NCBI GenBank assembly: GCA_021203905.1
Contig: JAJQAG010000004.1
Location: 129,939 to 193,938 of the forward strand
Reading direction: 5' to 3'
Origin: Coprobacillus sp.
GTDB lineage: Bacteria; Bacillota_I; Bacilli_A; RFN20; CAG-826
Length of the DNA: 64,000 nucleotides
Part shown: positions 9,280-19,705 of the stretch, in pieces
How the letters are laid out: each line of letters begins with the position of its first letter
Numbering within the stretch: position 1 is the stretch's first letter
Program-made: the position numbers and the translations under genes
Notes under the pieces: model-generated
Seen by the model: the letters and a program-made list of their open reading frames with translations, nothing else
Database searches by the model: none
Told to the model about the DNA's origin: nothing

Positions 9280-9316
9280 ATCAACTAACGGTTGATAGAA
9301 ATCAACCATTGGTTGA
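9280..9316. promoter_or_regulatory. two adjacent palindromes, ATCAACtaacgGTTGAT and TCAACCAtTGGTTGA, candidate operator
   Basis: Both share TCAAC/GTTGA half-sites and lie 70-105 nt upstream of the XRE regulator start. A third GTTGATAG half-site sits next to its Shine-Dalgarno at 9216-9223. Confidence 0.4.
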
Positions 9317-9328
9317 CACCTTTATAAG

Positions 9329-9907
9329 TTAAAGGACACTCTCAATCATTCCTTTTAGAGTGGAGAGGGACTTTCTATCGCTAGAACTAGTAAAAAGATA
9401 TTGGGTGTCTTTTCCCACTTGATCAAGACTTTTTAGACAGGCGACTTTCTCCTTTTGGGTGAGCTTATCAGCTTTGGTAAAGACGATGATAAAGGGGATG
9501 TGATAGTAATTGAGATAGTCAATCATCTCTAAATCAATATCTAAGATTCCCCTTCGACTATCAATGAGAAGAAAAGTACATTTTAGGGTTTTTACTTTTT
9601 CAAAATAAGAGGTCATCAAGCAAGCAAAAATCTCAGCTAGCTTGACACCTTTTGCGGCGTATCCATATCCCGGAGCGTCCACTAAATAGAATGCATGATC
9701 GACATCAAAGTAGTTTAAAAGCGTCGTCTTGCCAGGAGTCGAGGAAACCTTCGCTATCCCCTTGTTTTCCACTAAAGCGTTAATGAGGCTACTCTTCCCG
9801 ACATTAGAACGGCCAACAAAAACCACCTCTTTACTATAAAGAGATGGCTTATTGGTCACATCGTTAACACTTTTAACAAAAGATGTATTTCGAAAATTAA
9901 TCATCAA
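9329..9907 (-). CDS. engB: ribosome biogenesis GTP-binding protein EngB/YsxC
   Basis: 192 aa. G1 motif GRSNVGKSSLINAL. The gene sits immediately downstream of lon as in Bacillus. Confidence 0.9.
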   Translation of the reverse strand: MMINFRNTSFVKSVNDVTNKPSLYSKEVVFVGRSNVGKSSLINALVENKGIAKVSSTPGKTTLLNYFDVDHAFYLVDAPGYGYAAKGVKLAEIFACLMTSYFEKVKTLKCTFLLIDSRRGILDIDLEMIDYLNYYHIPFIIVFTKADKLTQKEKVACLKSLDQVGKDTQYLFTSSSDRKSLSTLKGMIESVL

Positions 9908-12232
9908 TTATTGAATGAATGCTGTGGCGACAGCATCATCCACAGTGGTCATAAACTTAATGGTTAAGTTATCTTTGACCTCATCAGGAAGTTCTTCAAC
10001 ATCCTTCTTGTTTTCTTTTGGAACGATGATGGTTTTAATCCCACTTCTTAGGGCTGCTAAGGACTTCTCACGAAGTCCACCGATAGGAAGAGCGTGACCT
10101 CTTAGAGTCACCTCTCCTGTCATCGCCACATCAGGATTAACGGGTTTGCGACTGAGACAAGAGATGATTGCTGTGGTAATGGCGACACCTGCACTTGGGC
10201 CATCTTTAGGAACCGCTCCTTCAGGAACATGGATATGAATATCGTTGTTCTCAAAGATATCGGGATCAATCCCGTATTTCTCAGCATTGGCTTTCACATA
10301 ATCAAGAGCGATTGAGCAGCTCTCTTTCATGACGTCACCAAGGTTTCCAGTAACGACAAATCCACCCCTTCCTTTGAAGTAGTTAACCTCGATTGGAAGG
10401 ATTTCTCCACCATATTGAGTGTAGGCTAAACCAGTCACCACTCCAATCTGCTGTTCTGGTTCCTTCTTACTCTCTTCAAAGATTTCGGTGCCGAGATATT
10501 CAACGACTCTCTTTTCATCGACATCGACATGTTTAATTGAAGGATCTTTGACAATAGAAACCGCAATCTTGCGGAGACAAGAAGCAATTCTTCTCTCTAG
10601 CTCACGAACACCCGCTTCTCGTGTATAGTAACGGATGATATATAGATAGGCATCATCACTAAAAGAAACTTGTTCAGTGGTTAAACCATTGAGTTCCACT
10701 TGCTTCTGATATAAGTGCTCTTTGGCAATCATGAGTTTCTCATATTCGGTATAAGAAGAGAGTTCAATGAGTTCAAGTCGATCTCTTAAAGGATCAGGAA
10801 TATCTTCAAGGCTATTCGCAGTGCAGATAAATAAGACATCGCTTAAATCATAGGGTTCTTCAATGAAGTTATCGTTAAAGGCATTATTTTGTTCAGGATC
10901 AAGCACTTCAAGAAGCGCACTACTAGGATCACCATGATAAGAATTGGCGAGTTTATCGATTTCATCGAGAAGGAAGACAGGGTTATTCGCGCCTGCTCTC
11001 TTCATCCCGCTGATGATTCTTCCAGGCATCGAACCGACATAAGTTCTTCTATGACCTCTAATCTCCGCTTCATCACTGATACCACCTAGGGAGGCTTTGA
11101 CAAACTTACGACCAAGAGCTCTTGCAATGCTCTTACTTAAAGAGGTCTTACCACATCCCGGGGGACCATAGAAACAGAGAATCGGGGATTTGAGATTTCC
11201 CGTCAACTGTTTGACTGCGAGATACTCAATAATTCTCTTTTTGGGTTCTTTAAGACCATAGTGGTCTTCATCAAGAATCTTCTCGACATTATCAAGATTA
11301 TCGTTATCTTCGGTTTTTTGATACCAAGGAAGAGAGAGAAGAGTGTCTAAATAAGAAAGCACTAAAGCGCCTTCCAAACTTCCTTGAGGCATCATCTCAT
11401 ACTTCTTCGCCTCGGCGTGAACTTTGGCTTTGACGTTCTCTGGATAAGGATTCTCATCCGCTTTCTTGACGTAAGCGTCGATGTCATCTCCTTCTCCTTC
11501 GTCCTCTCCAAGTTCTTTCTTAATGGCTTTAAGTCTTTCTCTTAAGAAGTAGTCTCTTTGACTCTTTTCCGTGCTCTCTCTAATTGAAGATTGAATATCT
11601 TTTTCTATCTCTGTTTGTTGTTTTTGAGAGAGAAGTCCATCGGTGACTAAATCACAGAGAGATTCAATATCTTCCGCTTCGAGTATCGCTTGCTTTCTCT
11701 CCGTGGGGAGAGTTAAAGCGCCCGCAATCATATAGCAAAATAAGTCAGCATTTTTAATTCTTCCAAGGGAATTAAGATTCTCTCTGGGCATGGTGGACAT
11801 GACATCAGGCATAGATTCCATAAGGGATGTTAAGGAATCGATAACCGCTTTCCCTTTCGCATCATCGAAAGGATGGAGTTTCACCACTGTCCCTTCACAG
11901 ACAAAGAACCCATCTTCATTCATAAAGACATTCTCTAAGGTGACCTTATCAAGAGGTTGCATTCTCACTTTAAGGTTCTTGCCTTTAGGAGAAGTTGAGA
12001 CAATCTTACATAATGTCGCACTTTTATAGACATCATCACCGGTGACCTCTTCAAGGTCACTGCTATACTGGGTCGTCACAAAAATAAGGGAATCGCTGCT
12101 CTCTTGCGCCGCTTTTATCGCGTTGAGAGAGATATCTCTACCCGCATCAATATTGGTGGTAACACCAGGATAAAGCACCACGCTCTTAGTGACTAAGAGT
12201 GGGAGTATCATTTTTTCGTCTTGTTCAGCCAT
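9908..12232 (-). CDS. lon: ATP-dependent Lon protease
   Basis: 774 aa. LON N-domain, AAA+ motif [10 protein letters not shown], and protease domain with PKDGPSAG. Confidence 0.97.
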   Translation of the reverse strand: MAEQDEKMILPLLVTKSVVLYPGVTTNIDAGRDISLNAIKAAQESSDSLIFVTTQYSSDLEEVTGDDVYKSATLCKIVSTSPKGKNLKVRMQPLDKVTLENVFMNEDGFFVCEGTVVKLHPFDDAKGKAVIDSLTSLMESMPDVMSTMPRENLNSLGRIKNADLFCYMIAGALTLPTERKQAILEAEDIESLCDLVTDGLLSQKQQTEIEKDIQSSIRESTEKSQRDYFLRERLKAIKKELGEDEGEGDDIDAYVKKADENPYPENVKAKVHAEAKKYEMMPQGSLEGALVLSYLDTLLSLPWYQKTEDNDNLDNVEKILDEDHYGLKEPKKRIIEYLAVKQLTGNLKSPILCFYGPPGCGKTSLSKSIARALGRKFVKASLGGISDEAEIRGHRRTYVGSMPGRIISGMKRAGANNPVFLLDEIDKLANSYHGDPSSALLEVLDPEQNNAFNDNFIEEPYDLSDVLFICTANSLEDIPDPLRDRLELIELSSYTEYEKLMIAKEHLYQKQVELNGLTTEQVSFSDDAYLYIIRYYTREAGVRELERRIASCLRKIAVSIVKDPSIKHVDVDEKRVVEYLGTEIFEESKKEPEQQIGVVTGLAYTQYGGEILPIEVNYFKGRGGFVVTGNLGDVMKESCSIALDYVKANAEKYGIDPDIFENNDIHIHVPEGAVPKDGPSAGVAITTAIISCLSRKPVNPDVAMTGEVTLRGHALPIGGLREKSLAALRSGIKTIIVPKENKKDVEELPDEVKDNLTIKFMTTVDDAVATAFIQ

Positions 12233-12265
12233 TGTTATACCTCCTTACTAATTAAGACACTTATA

Positions 12266-13546
12266 TTAGTCATTCTCACGATATAACAAATCTTCAATAC
12301 GAGTAAATCTCACTTGGCTGCGGAATTGTTCAACTTGAGAAGCTAGAGCTTCTCTGACTTGATCAATTTCCATATGATAGGCTTCCGCCATCTTGGCGTA
12401 TTCAAACTCAAGATCGGCGTCTTCAATGACAATATCTTCAATTTGACCAATCTTGTCTAAGATAAAGAAGTTGGTGACGTTCTTCGTCGCTCTCTCACGG
12501 AGTTGAGCCATGAATTCATCTTCACTTTGACCAACGATTTGGAGATATGACTCAAGGTCAAAACCAGATTGGGCCATCTGCTCTTCCTGACTCTCTCTCA
12601 TAGAGTCCGTCTCTTGATCAATAATTTCATGAGGAATATCAATAGAAGAATGACTAATAATCTCATCTAAGACTTTACCAATGTAGTCACTCTTGAGTTT
12701 GTTGCTCTTCTGTTGAAGAAGATCTTGTTTAGTGTGCTCCCTAAATTGCTCAACCGTCTTAATGCCGTCATGGTTAAGACCTTCAATAAAGGCATCAGTT
12801 AATTCTGGTAATTGTTTGGTTTTCACTTCGTGAACATCTGTGTGAAACACGGCGTTCTTACCCGCGAGATTCTCCACATATTGTTCAGGGAAGGTAATCG
12901 CGACATCGACATGTTGATCAGGCTCCACGCCGACAAGTTGTTCTTCAAAACCCGGAACAAAGGATTGAGAACCTAATTCGAGTTCATAGTTGGTAACTGT
13001 CCCCCCTTCAAAAGGTTCTTCTTCACCCTCAAGGACTCCTACGGCATCGATGACGACGACATCGCCTAATTCCGCTTTACCCTCTTTAATTACAAGAGTA
13101 GCGTTCTCGCTTTGAGTCTTCTTGAGGCTCTCTTCCACTTCTTCATCACTGACTGTGGCTTCTTCTTTGCCCACTTCAAGGCCTTTATAAGGACCGATTT
13201 CAATGATGGGTTCAGTGGTGACCATAAACTTCATGGCTAACTCATCGTTAGAGCATTTTGTCACCATGACATCAGGTGAGGCAAAAGGATGAACATCCTC
13301 TTTTTTAATGGCCTCCACAAAGAGATCATTAATGATGGAGCTAATGGCTTCGTTCCACACTTTACTATCACTAATCTGTTCTTTGACGAGGTTTTGGGGA
13401 GCTTTGCCTTTTCTAAAACCTTTGATTTCGACATCTTTTGCGAGTTTATCAAAAGCTTTCTTTTGGGCGCCTCTCCACTGCTCGGCGTCAACCTCAACTT
13501 CAAGTTCAAGATGAGTATTATCTGTTTTTGTTACTTTGGTTTCCAT
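12266..13546 (-). CDS. tig: trigger factor
   Basis: 426 aa. Ribosome-binding GFRKGKAP motif, then PPIase and C-terminal domains. Confidence 0.95.
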   Translation of the reverse strand: METKVTKTDNTHLELEVEVDAEQWRGAQKKAFDKLAKDVEIKGFRKGKAPQNLVKEQISDSKVWNEAISSIINDLFVEAIKKEDVHPFASPDVMVTKCSNDELAMKFMVTTEPIIEIGPYKGLEVGKEEATVSDEEVEESLKKTQSENATLVIKEGKAELGDVVVIDAVGVLEGEEEPFEGGTVTNYELELGSQSFVPGFEEQLVGVEPDQHVDVAITFPEQYVENLAGKNAVFHTDVHEVKTKQLPELTDAFIEGLNHDGIKTVEQFREHTKQDLLQQKSNKLKSDYIGKVLDEIISHSSIDIPHEIIDQETDSMRESQEEQMAQSGFDLESYLQIVGQSEDEFMAQLRERATKNVTNFFILDKIGQIEDIVIEDADLEFEYAKMAEAYHMEIDQVREALASQVEQFRSQVRFTRIEDLLYREND

Positions 13547-13619
13547 GTTTTACCTCCAGGTTCACACACAAATATATTGTATTATAAAAATTAATTTTTA
13601 TACAACCCCTATTTGAGAT

Positions 13620-14552
13620 TTAAAAATTCTCACTACTCTCTTTAATTTTATTGATTAAAGTTAAGACTTTATCAGGGTTGGCATTCCACATTCCCACGAT
13701 GTTTTCAAGAGTTAACTGATCATCAGTTTGCATATAATCTCTTGCGACAATATGAAGAGCGCATCCAAGGTTAGATAGTTCATCACTCTTACTTGAGGGG
13801 AAATAATAGAGATAGTAAAGGGGATAGAGTGATAAAGCGATATTGACCAAGGAAGAATCATTGATATTCGATTGAAGGGAATACGCTAGCTTCCTCAATT
13901 CTTCTCCTCCCCTTAAGACTTCGTAATCTTTTAAGGTCACAGTGATACTTTGATTATCCTTATTAGAGAAGGTAATATCCTTACTGTATCCTTTGGATAC
14001 AAGAGTGAGAAGGGCAAACATACGGACACTATAAGAGAAAGTAGAAACACAGAGATTAAGAAGGGGATCAATACAATCGAGGAAGTTATTCTCATCCACT
14101 TCATTCATCGTCGAGATAAGTTCACTCTCATCTCGAGAGGTGGTTAAGATTGAGGCAATCTCATTGCCGCTCTTTTTCTGCATGCTCTCGTAGTATTCTT
14201 TCTCTTTTTGCTTTATCTCCTTTGGATAGGATTGAAGCATCTCTTCCACTTCTTGACTCTCATATGGGAGAGTGGCATAGAATTCCATTCTCTCTTCCGC
14301 TTCTTGAAAGAGATTAGCGGCGAGAAGAGATTCAATGTTGGTCTTGATAAGAAGAGAGAGTCTCTCTTTAAGGATGTCAAACTTCTTATCGATGAGCTTT
14401 CTCGCCTCTTCAAATTGGGCGGTGGCGTATAAAGAAAGAAGGCGACAGAAGAGGAAATCAATATCATCATTTCCTTCAGTGGCCTTTAAAACAAGGTCAT
14501 ATTGACCCTTCTCTAAGAGAGAATATAAGTTATCAAATTCTTGTTTTTCCAT
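13620..14552 (-). CDS. hypothetical protein, acidic and helical
   Basis: 310-aa ORF with good coding statistics. No motif recognised. Confidence 0.6.
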   Translation of the reverse strand: MEKQEFDNLYSLLEKGQYDLVLKATEGNDDIDFLFCRLLSLYATAQFEEARKLIDKKFDILKERLSLLIKTNIESLLAANLFQEAEERMEFYATLPYESQEVEEMLQSYPKEIKQKEKEYYESMQKKSGNEIASILTTSRDESELISTMNEVDENNFLDCIDPLLNLCVSTFSYSVRMFALLTLVSKGYSKDITFSNKDNQSITVTLKDYEVLRGGEELRKLAYSLQSNINDSSLVNIALSLYPLYYLYYFPSSKSDELSNLGCALHIVARDYMQTDDQLTLENIVGMWNANPDKVLTLINKIKESSENF

Positions 14553-14608
14553 TATATCTAGTAGTTTTTTAGTATATTTATATATAACCCACTCTCTTAA
14601 AAAAAGAG

Positions 14609-14685
14609 TGGCGCCCTCGAGGCGACTCGAACGCCTGACCCACAGCTTAGAAGGCTGTTGCTCTATCCAACTGAGCTACGAGGGC
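14609..14685 (-). tRNA. tRNA-Arg (anticodon TCT)
   Basis: The reverse complement folds as a cloverleaf: acceptor GCCCTCG/CGAGGGC, T-loop TTCGAGT, anticodon loop CTTCTAA. U33 and A37 are present. The discriminator is G and CCA is encoded. Confidence 0.9.
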
Positions 14686-14700
14686 ACGGACACTTTCTTT

Positions 14701-14729
14701 ATATTAAACATCTATGATGTTAAATGCAA
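14701..14729 (-). promoter_or_regulatory. promoter of tRNA-Arg (TTGCAT-17-TAATAT)
   Basis: -35 at plus 14724-14729 and -10 at plus 14701-14706 on the minus strand. It sits about 15 nt upstream of the tRNA 5' end. Confidence 0.5.
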
Positions 14730-14734
14730 TTCTT

Positions 14735-16489
14735 TTATGAGGTGTGAAATAAGTTATAAAGGTTAGTGGCAACATCTTTAGGAAGGATCTCTTCTAGGTC
14801 GCTTAAAGTGGCGTTATGAAAGAGTTCTAGACTTGGATAAAGAGCGAGAATTTTCTCTTTTCTCTTCTCTCCAATCCCACTTATTCCATCTAGATATGAC
14901 TTTGTCATATGCCTAGCCCTTGTCTCATGATGATACTTAATCGCAAAGCGATGGACTTCATCTTGCATCCTTGTAAGTAGGAAGAAGAGAGATTCATCCT
15001 CAATAGTGATGACTTGGTTATCTAAGGTCACTATTCCTTTGGTGCGGTGCCTCTCATCCTTATAGAGTCCATAGATAGGAATATCTAAACCTAAAGTACT
15101 GAGTACTTTAGCACCGACTTCTAGTTGGGTGATACCCCCATCCACAAAGATGAGATCAGGACGTTCTGTCTCTTCACTGATCATCCTCTTATATCGTCTG
15201 GTCATAATCTCTTCCATATCTTTGAGGTCATCTCTCGCATCGTCTTCATTGAGTTTGTACTTTCGATACATTGAGGGGCACTTCTCTCCATTGATAAAGA
15301 CCACCATGACACCCACAGGATCACTACCCGCAATATGGGAATTATCAAACATCTCAATTCTTGTGGGAAAAGAAATATGGAGGAGATCCGCTAACTTAGT
15401 AAGAAGCTCTTCTTTCCCCTCATCGATGCGAGCACTTAAGAAGTATTGATCAAGAGCGTTATTCGCGTTCTCTTTCGCTAGAACCACTAAATCATATATC
15501 GGCCCTTTTGACTTATTGGTGATATTACAAGAAAGGTAAGATTCTAATTCTTCAATCACACGATCGTTATTTATAACGATTTCTTTCGGAAGAGGATGAG
15601 ATTGATAATACTGTAAGATGAGGTCAGCGACCTCTTCTTCTTGGTTTAGAAAGGTTTCGACGACAAAAGACTTTTTGGCGAGTAACACTCCATTGACATA
15701 AGAGAAGATAACTAAAGATAAGAGGTTCTCCCTCGTAGAGAAGGCAAAGATGTCACGATTGAGCTTATCTTTCATCTCGACATTTTGCTTCGCACTGATA
15801 TGATCGATAGAATCAATGATATCTTTATATTCTTGAGCGAGCTCATAATTCATGGAGGCGCTCGCTTCTTTCATCTTATTTTCGTATTCTCTTCTTTCCT
15901 TGGCGGTGTCTCCACTTAAAAAGCGTCTGATTTCTTCAATCATCTCTTTATAGGTAGATTCTTCAATCTTATTGATACAAGGAGCGAGACACTGCCCTAG
16001 ATGATAATAAAGACAAGGAGAAGAGGGAATTCTCTGACATTTCCTCAAAGGAAAGATCTTATTAAGTAAATCTAGGATTTGGTGGATATTCGCACCACTA
16101 GGGAAAGGTCCAAAGTAATAGTAACTAGGATTCTCAGTATTTCTTTTAATCGTGAGATAGGGATCTTCTCCCTTTTTTAAAGCGATATAGGGATAGTGAC
16201 TATCATCTTTAAGGAGGATGTTATATTTCGGATGATGATGCTTAATAAGATTCATCTCTAAGACGAGGGCTTCTTTCTCATTCTCCGTGATAATCGTATC
16301 AAAGTGATGAGCTTCACTCGCCATCTTGGCGACTTTCCCATATTGCTCACGAAGGAAGTATTGACTCACTCTTTTATATAAGTCTTTAGCCTTTCCAATA
16401 TAGATAATCTTATTATCCTGGTTATACATTAAATACACTCCAGGGAGGTGTTTGAGATTAGAAATACAAGAGGCGATTAAATCAGTCAT
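14735..16489 (-). CDS. uvrC: excinuclease ABC subunit C
   Basis: 584 aa. GIY-YIG N-terminus (GVYLMYNQDNKIIYIGKAKDL), UvrBC and endonuclease domains, and a C-terminal HhH. Confidence 0.95.
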   Translation of the reverse strand: MTDLIASCISNLKHLPGVYLMYNQDNKIIYIGKAKDLYKRVSQYFLREQYGKVAKMASEAHHFDTIITENEKEALVLEMNLIKHHHPKYNILLKDDSHYPYIALKKGEDPYLTIKRNTENPSYYYFGPFPSGANIHQILDLLNKIFPLRKCQRIPSSPCLYYHLGQCLAPCINKIEESTYKEMIEEIRRFLSGDTAKERREYENKMKEASASMNYELAQEYKDIIDSIDHISAKQNVEMKDKLNRDIFAFSTRENLLSLVIFSYVNGVLLAKKSFVVETFLNQEEEVADLILQYYQSHPLPKEIVINNDRVIEELESYLSCNITNKSKGPIYDLVVLAKENANNALDQYFLSARIDEGKEELLTKLADLLHISFPTRIEMFDNSHIAGSDPVGVMVVFINGEKCPSMYRKYKLNEDDARDDLKDMEEIMTRRYKRMISEETERPDLIFVDGGITQLEVGAKVLSTLGLDIPIYGLYKDERHRTKGIVTLDNQVITIEDESLFFLLTRMQDEVHRFAIKYHHETRARHMTKSYLDGISGIGEKRKEKILALYPSLELFHNATLSDLEEILPKDVATNLYNLFHTS

Positions 16490-18773
16490 TAAAAGTCACC
16501 ACTGTCGCTCCCATGGAACCCTCATAATCGTTTCCATATCGATAGGAGAGACCTTTCTTCGTCTTTAAATAATCCCACACGGCTTTTCTTAAAGCTCCCG
16601 TTCCATAACCATGGATAATCCTTACGCTCTTTAATTTATGTAGTATTGCCTCATCGAGGTATTTATCAAGAGCGGCAATCGCTTCATCCGTGCGGTAACC
16701 TAAAAGATTAATCTCACTCGGCATTGATCCAGTTATCTTCTTATCGATATTAATACTAGAGACCACTCTTTGTTCTCCTTCTTCTTCTTTTTTCGTGTTT
16801 TTAAGTGGGGCTTTTACACTCATCCCTTCACTGGTAAGAATAGTTAATGTTTCTCCTTTTATCGCTTTCACTCTTCCTTTTAAGGAGAGAGAAGGAATCG
16901 AGACATAATCTCCCACATGAATATCATCATCAAACTCTTCATCATCTTCATTCTCTCTTAAAGCGTTGACTCTCCCTTTCGCTTGAATGACATCGTTGAG
17001 TTTAACTTCTCTCTTATTAAGATCCTTCATAATCTCATTAAGTTCTTCTTCGGTGCCTTTTAAGAGCTGTTCTTTCTCTTCTTTAACTTCTTCTAGTAAG
17101 AGAGACTTTCTTCTTTCAAGAGTCTTCTTCTCGTTATTTAATTCCTTTTCTTTTTTCTCTAAATCTTGTTGTTTCTCATTTAATTGTTTAGAAAGATTCA
17201 TATTAACCACTAACTGGTTAGTGAGCTCATCGAGCATTTGTGCGCTCTCGCTCTCTCCACTTCTCTCTTTAGCGGCTTGGACAATATCTTGTTTAATGCC
17301 AAAGCGAGACGCTACCTCAAAGGCATAACTCTTTCCAGGTACTCCTTGAACAAAGATATAAGTGGGTGAGAGTTCTCTCTCATCAAATAGCATCATTCCA
17401 TTACTAATCCCCTCTTGTTGGTAGGCATATTCTTTAAGTCCTGAGAAGTGAGAAGAGATTAAACAAAACACTCCTTTAGAGTGAAGATAACTAACAATAG
17501 AGATGGCTAAGGCTTCTCCCTCTTTTGGATCGGTACCTGTTCCTAGTTCATCGATAAGCACTAAATCATGACTGGTGACATGATTAAGAATCTCACTGAT
17601 ATTTGACATGTGAGCGGAAAAGGTTGAGAGATTATCACTTAAAGACTGTTGATCTCCAATATCAATATAGATGTGATTAAAGTAGGAGAGTTTTCCCTCT
17701 TCAACAGGAATCATCAACCCACATTGATTCATATAGATAAGAAGACCAATAGTCTTAAGAGAGACAGTTTTACCTCCCGCATTAGGACCAGAGATAATAA
17801 TGATTTGATTATCTTTATCAAGAAGAAAGGAGTTAGCAACGACTTTCGTGGGATCAATCAAAGGATGACGGGCTCTTTTTAAGGAGATGACTTTTTCCTT
17901 TTCTAGTGATAGCAAAATGGATCCACTCTTTTTCCCATACTTCGCCTTGGCTTGGAGAAAATCAATCTCCCCAATCACCGAGTTATTATGAATAATCTCT
18001 TCTTCTTGTAAGAGACACATATTGGTAAGTCTTAATAAGATCTTTCTCTCTTCACTGGCTTCCTCAATTTTAAGTGCGGTGATGTCATTATTAAGTTGGA
18101 CAATCTCTAAAGGTTCAATAAAGGTGGTGTTGCCAGTTTGTGAGATATCATAGACTATCCCCGAGATTTTATTCTTATACATGGTCTTAATAGGTAAGAC
18201 ATAATGACCATCCCTCATCGTCATATTCTCATCACTTAAAAGAGAAGAATACTTATAAGAAATCTTGGTGATGGTGTCATTTAATTCTGTTTCTTTGCTT
18301 TTAATTTTCTTTCTAATCTGGGCAAGGTCCACTGACGCAGTATCTAAGATTGTTAAAGCGTTACTGATAGTCTTTTTAATCTCTTTCATTAAAGAAGAGA
18401 GATCTGAGAAAGAATCAATTAAAGAGGTGAGATAAGGATAATCTACTTTCTCCACTTTTTTATAGAAGGTGATAATCTCATTACTAAGAACAATATCATC
18501 ATAGATATTCATTAAATCTTGAGGAGTTAGAAGTCCTGATTTATGCGCGATATCGATGATTTTAATCGCGGATTTAGACATACTTAAGGGAAAAAGAGAG
18601 TGCTTTTCATTAAGATTAATCATCTCTTGTAGTTTCTCTTTTTCTTTTATAAGTTCTTCTTTTGAAAGCATGGAAAGAGAAGAGATTCTCTCTTTTCCCA
18701 CTTCCGTTGTGGCCTCAAAAGAGACACTCTCGAAAATATCACGAACTTGAAAAGTAGATATCAAATCTTGCAT
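16482..18773 (-). CDS. mutS2: endonuclease MutS2 (MutS domains plus C-terminal Smr)
   Basis: 763 aa. Walker A GPNAGGKT, a long coiled-coil linker, and a C-terminal Smr domain. Confidence 0.95.
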   Translation of the reverse strand: MQDLISTFQVRDIFESVSFEATTEVGKERISSLSMLSKEELIKEKEKLQEMINLNEKHSLFPLSMSKSAIKIIDIAHKSGLLTPQDLMNIYDDIVLSNEIITFYKKVEKVDYPYLTSLIDSFSDLSSLMKEIKKTISNALTILDTASVDLAQIRKKIKSKETELNDTITKISYKYSSLLSDENMTMRDGHYVLPIKTMYKNKISGIVYDISQTGNTTFIEPLEIVQLNNDITALKIEEASEERKILLRLTNMCLLQEEEIIHNNSVIGEIDFLQAKAKYGKKSGSILLSLEKEKVISLKRARHPLIDPTKVVANSFLLDKDNQIIIISGPNAGGKTVSLKTIGLLIYMNQCGLMIPVEEGKLSYFNHIYIDIGDQQSLSDNLSTFSAHMSNISEILNHVTSHDLVLIDELGTGTDPKEGEALAISIVSYLHSKGVFCLISSHFSGLKEYAYQQEGISNGMMLFDERELSPTYIFVQGVPGKSYAFEVASRFGIKQDIVQAAKERSGESESAQMLDELTNQLVVNMNLSKQLNEKQQDLEKKEKELNNEKKTLERRKSLLLEEVKEEKEQLLKGTEEELNEIMKDLNKREVKLNDVIQAKGRVNALRENEDDEEFDDDIHVGDYVSIPSLSLKGRVKAIKGETLTILTSEGMSVKAPLKNTKKEEEGEQRVVSSINIDKKITGSMPSEINLLGYRTDEAIAALDKYLDEAILHKLKSVRIIHGYGTGALRKAVWDYLKTKKGLSYRYGNDYEGSMGATVVTFND

Positions 18774-18780
18774 AGGAATA

Positions 18781-18818
18781 AGTTTAGCACATATTTTTAA
18801 TTTAAAATATGCTAAACT
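18781..18818. promoter_or_regulatory. 38-bp imperfect palindrome AGTTTAGCAcATATTTTtaaAAAATATGCTAAACT
   Basis: It fills most of the 51-nt divergent gap between the mutS2 start (18773) and the rnhC start (18825). Arms are about 15 bp with one bulge. Confidence 0.4.
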
Positions 18819-18824
18819 AGAGGC

Positions 18825-19694
18825 ATGGCAAGTGGCTACTTAACACTCTTAGTCAATGAAGATGAAAGAGAAAAAATCACCACTCTTTTCGCTGACTATG
18901 AAAGACAATGTGGAGAGGTATATTGCACTCACCACTACGAAAGAGAGGGTTATCAAGTAAAACTCTATCAATCGAAAAAAGGAGATAAACTCGTGATTCA
19001 AGGACCAGATCCTATCGAGTTTCGCAATAAATATCTCTCTTTTATTGATGTGTGGGCGTGTGAAGAGAGTCAAATTGGAAGTGATGAGGTAGGAGTGTGT
19101 GATTTCCTTCTCCCTTTAGTGGTGGTTTCTGTCTATCTTGATAAAAAAGATGTCAGTAAGATCGAAGAATATGGAATAAGAGATAGTAAGAAACTCTCTG
19201 ATAGTTATATCCTCTCTATTGGTCCAAAGCTTGTTAAAGAATTTGCTTTTTCGAAGTTAACAGTCTCTAATGAAAAATACGATGAATTAGTGAGAGGGGG
19301 AGAAACCACTCACACGATTAAAGCGAAGCTTCATAATCGTGCTATCGGAAATATTCATAAACAATTCCCACAGTGTGAAAATATCTTTCTTGATCAATTC
19401 GTGAATGAGAAAAAATACTTTGAATATCTAGAAAATGAAGAGGAAGTTGAAAGGAATATCTCCTTTTTAACAAAGAGTGAGACCTACTATCCGAGTGTCG
19501 CTTTAGCTAGTGTCATCGCTCGATACTCTCTTTTATTGGAAAAGAAAAAACTCGAAGAGAAATATCACATGACTTTCCCAGCGGGAGATGGGAAAGAAGC
19601 GGATAACGCCACAAAGAGATTTGTAGCGAGATATGGAAAGGAAGAGTTACATAAAGTAGCAAAAACCACTTTTAAGAATTTCAAAAATATTTAA
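18825..19694 (+). CDS. rnhC: ribonuclease HIII
   Basis: 289 aa. The N-terminal RNase HIII-specific domain is followed by an RNase HII-fold core carrying IGSDEVGVCDF (the DEDD motif region). Confidence 0.85.
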   Translation: MASGYLTLLVNEDEREKITTLFADYERQCGEVYCTHHYEREGYQVKLYQSKKGDKLVIQGPDPIEFRNKYLSFIDVWACEESQIGSDEVGVCDFLLPLVVVSVYLDKKDVSKIEEYGIRDSKKLSDSYILSIGPKLVKEFAFSKLTVSNEKYDELVRGGETTHTIKAKLHNRAIGNIHKQFPQCENIFLDQFVNEKKYFEYLENEEEVERNISFLTKSETYYPSVALASVIARYSLLLEKKKLEEKYHMTFPAGDGKEADNATKRFVARYGKEELHKVAKTTFKNFKNI

Positions 19695-19705
19695 GGAAGA
19701 TAGAT

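Noticed and set aside
14586-14612. Hairpin CCACTCTttttttaagAGAGTGG immediately 3' of tRNA-Arg
   Set aside because: It is not followed by a U-run on the tRNA strand and one arm overlaps the CCA end. It is not a convincing intrinsic terminator and may be a processing signal. Not called.
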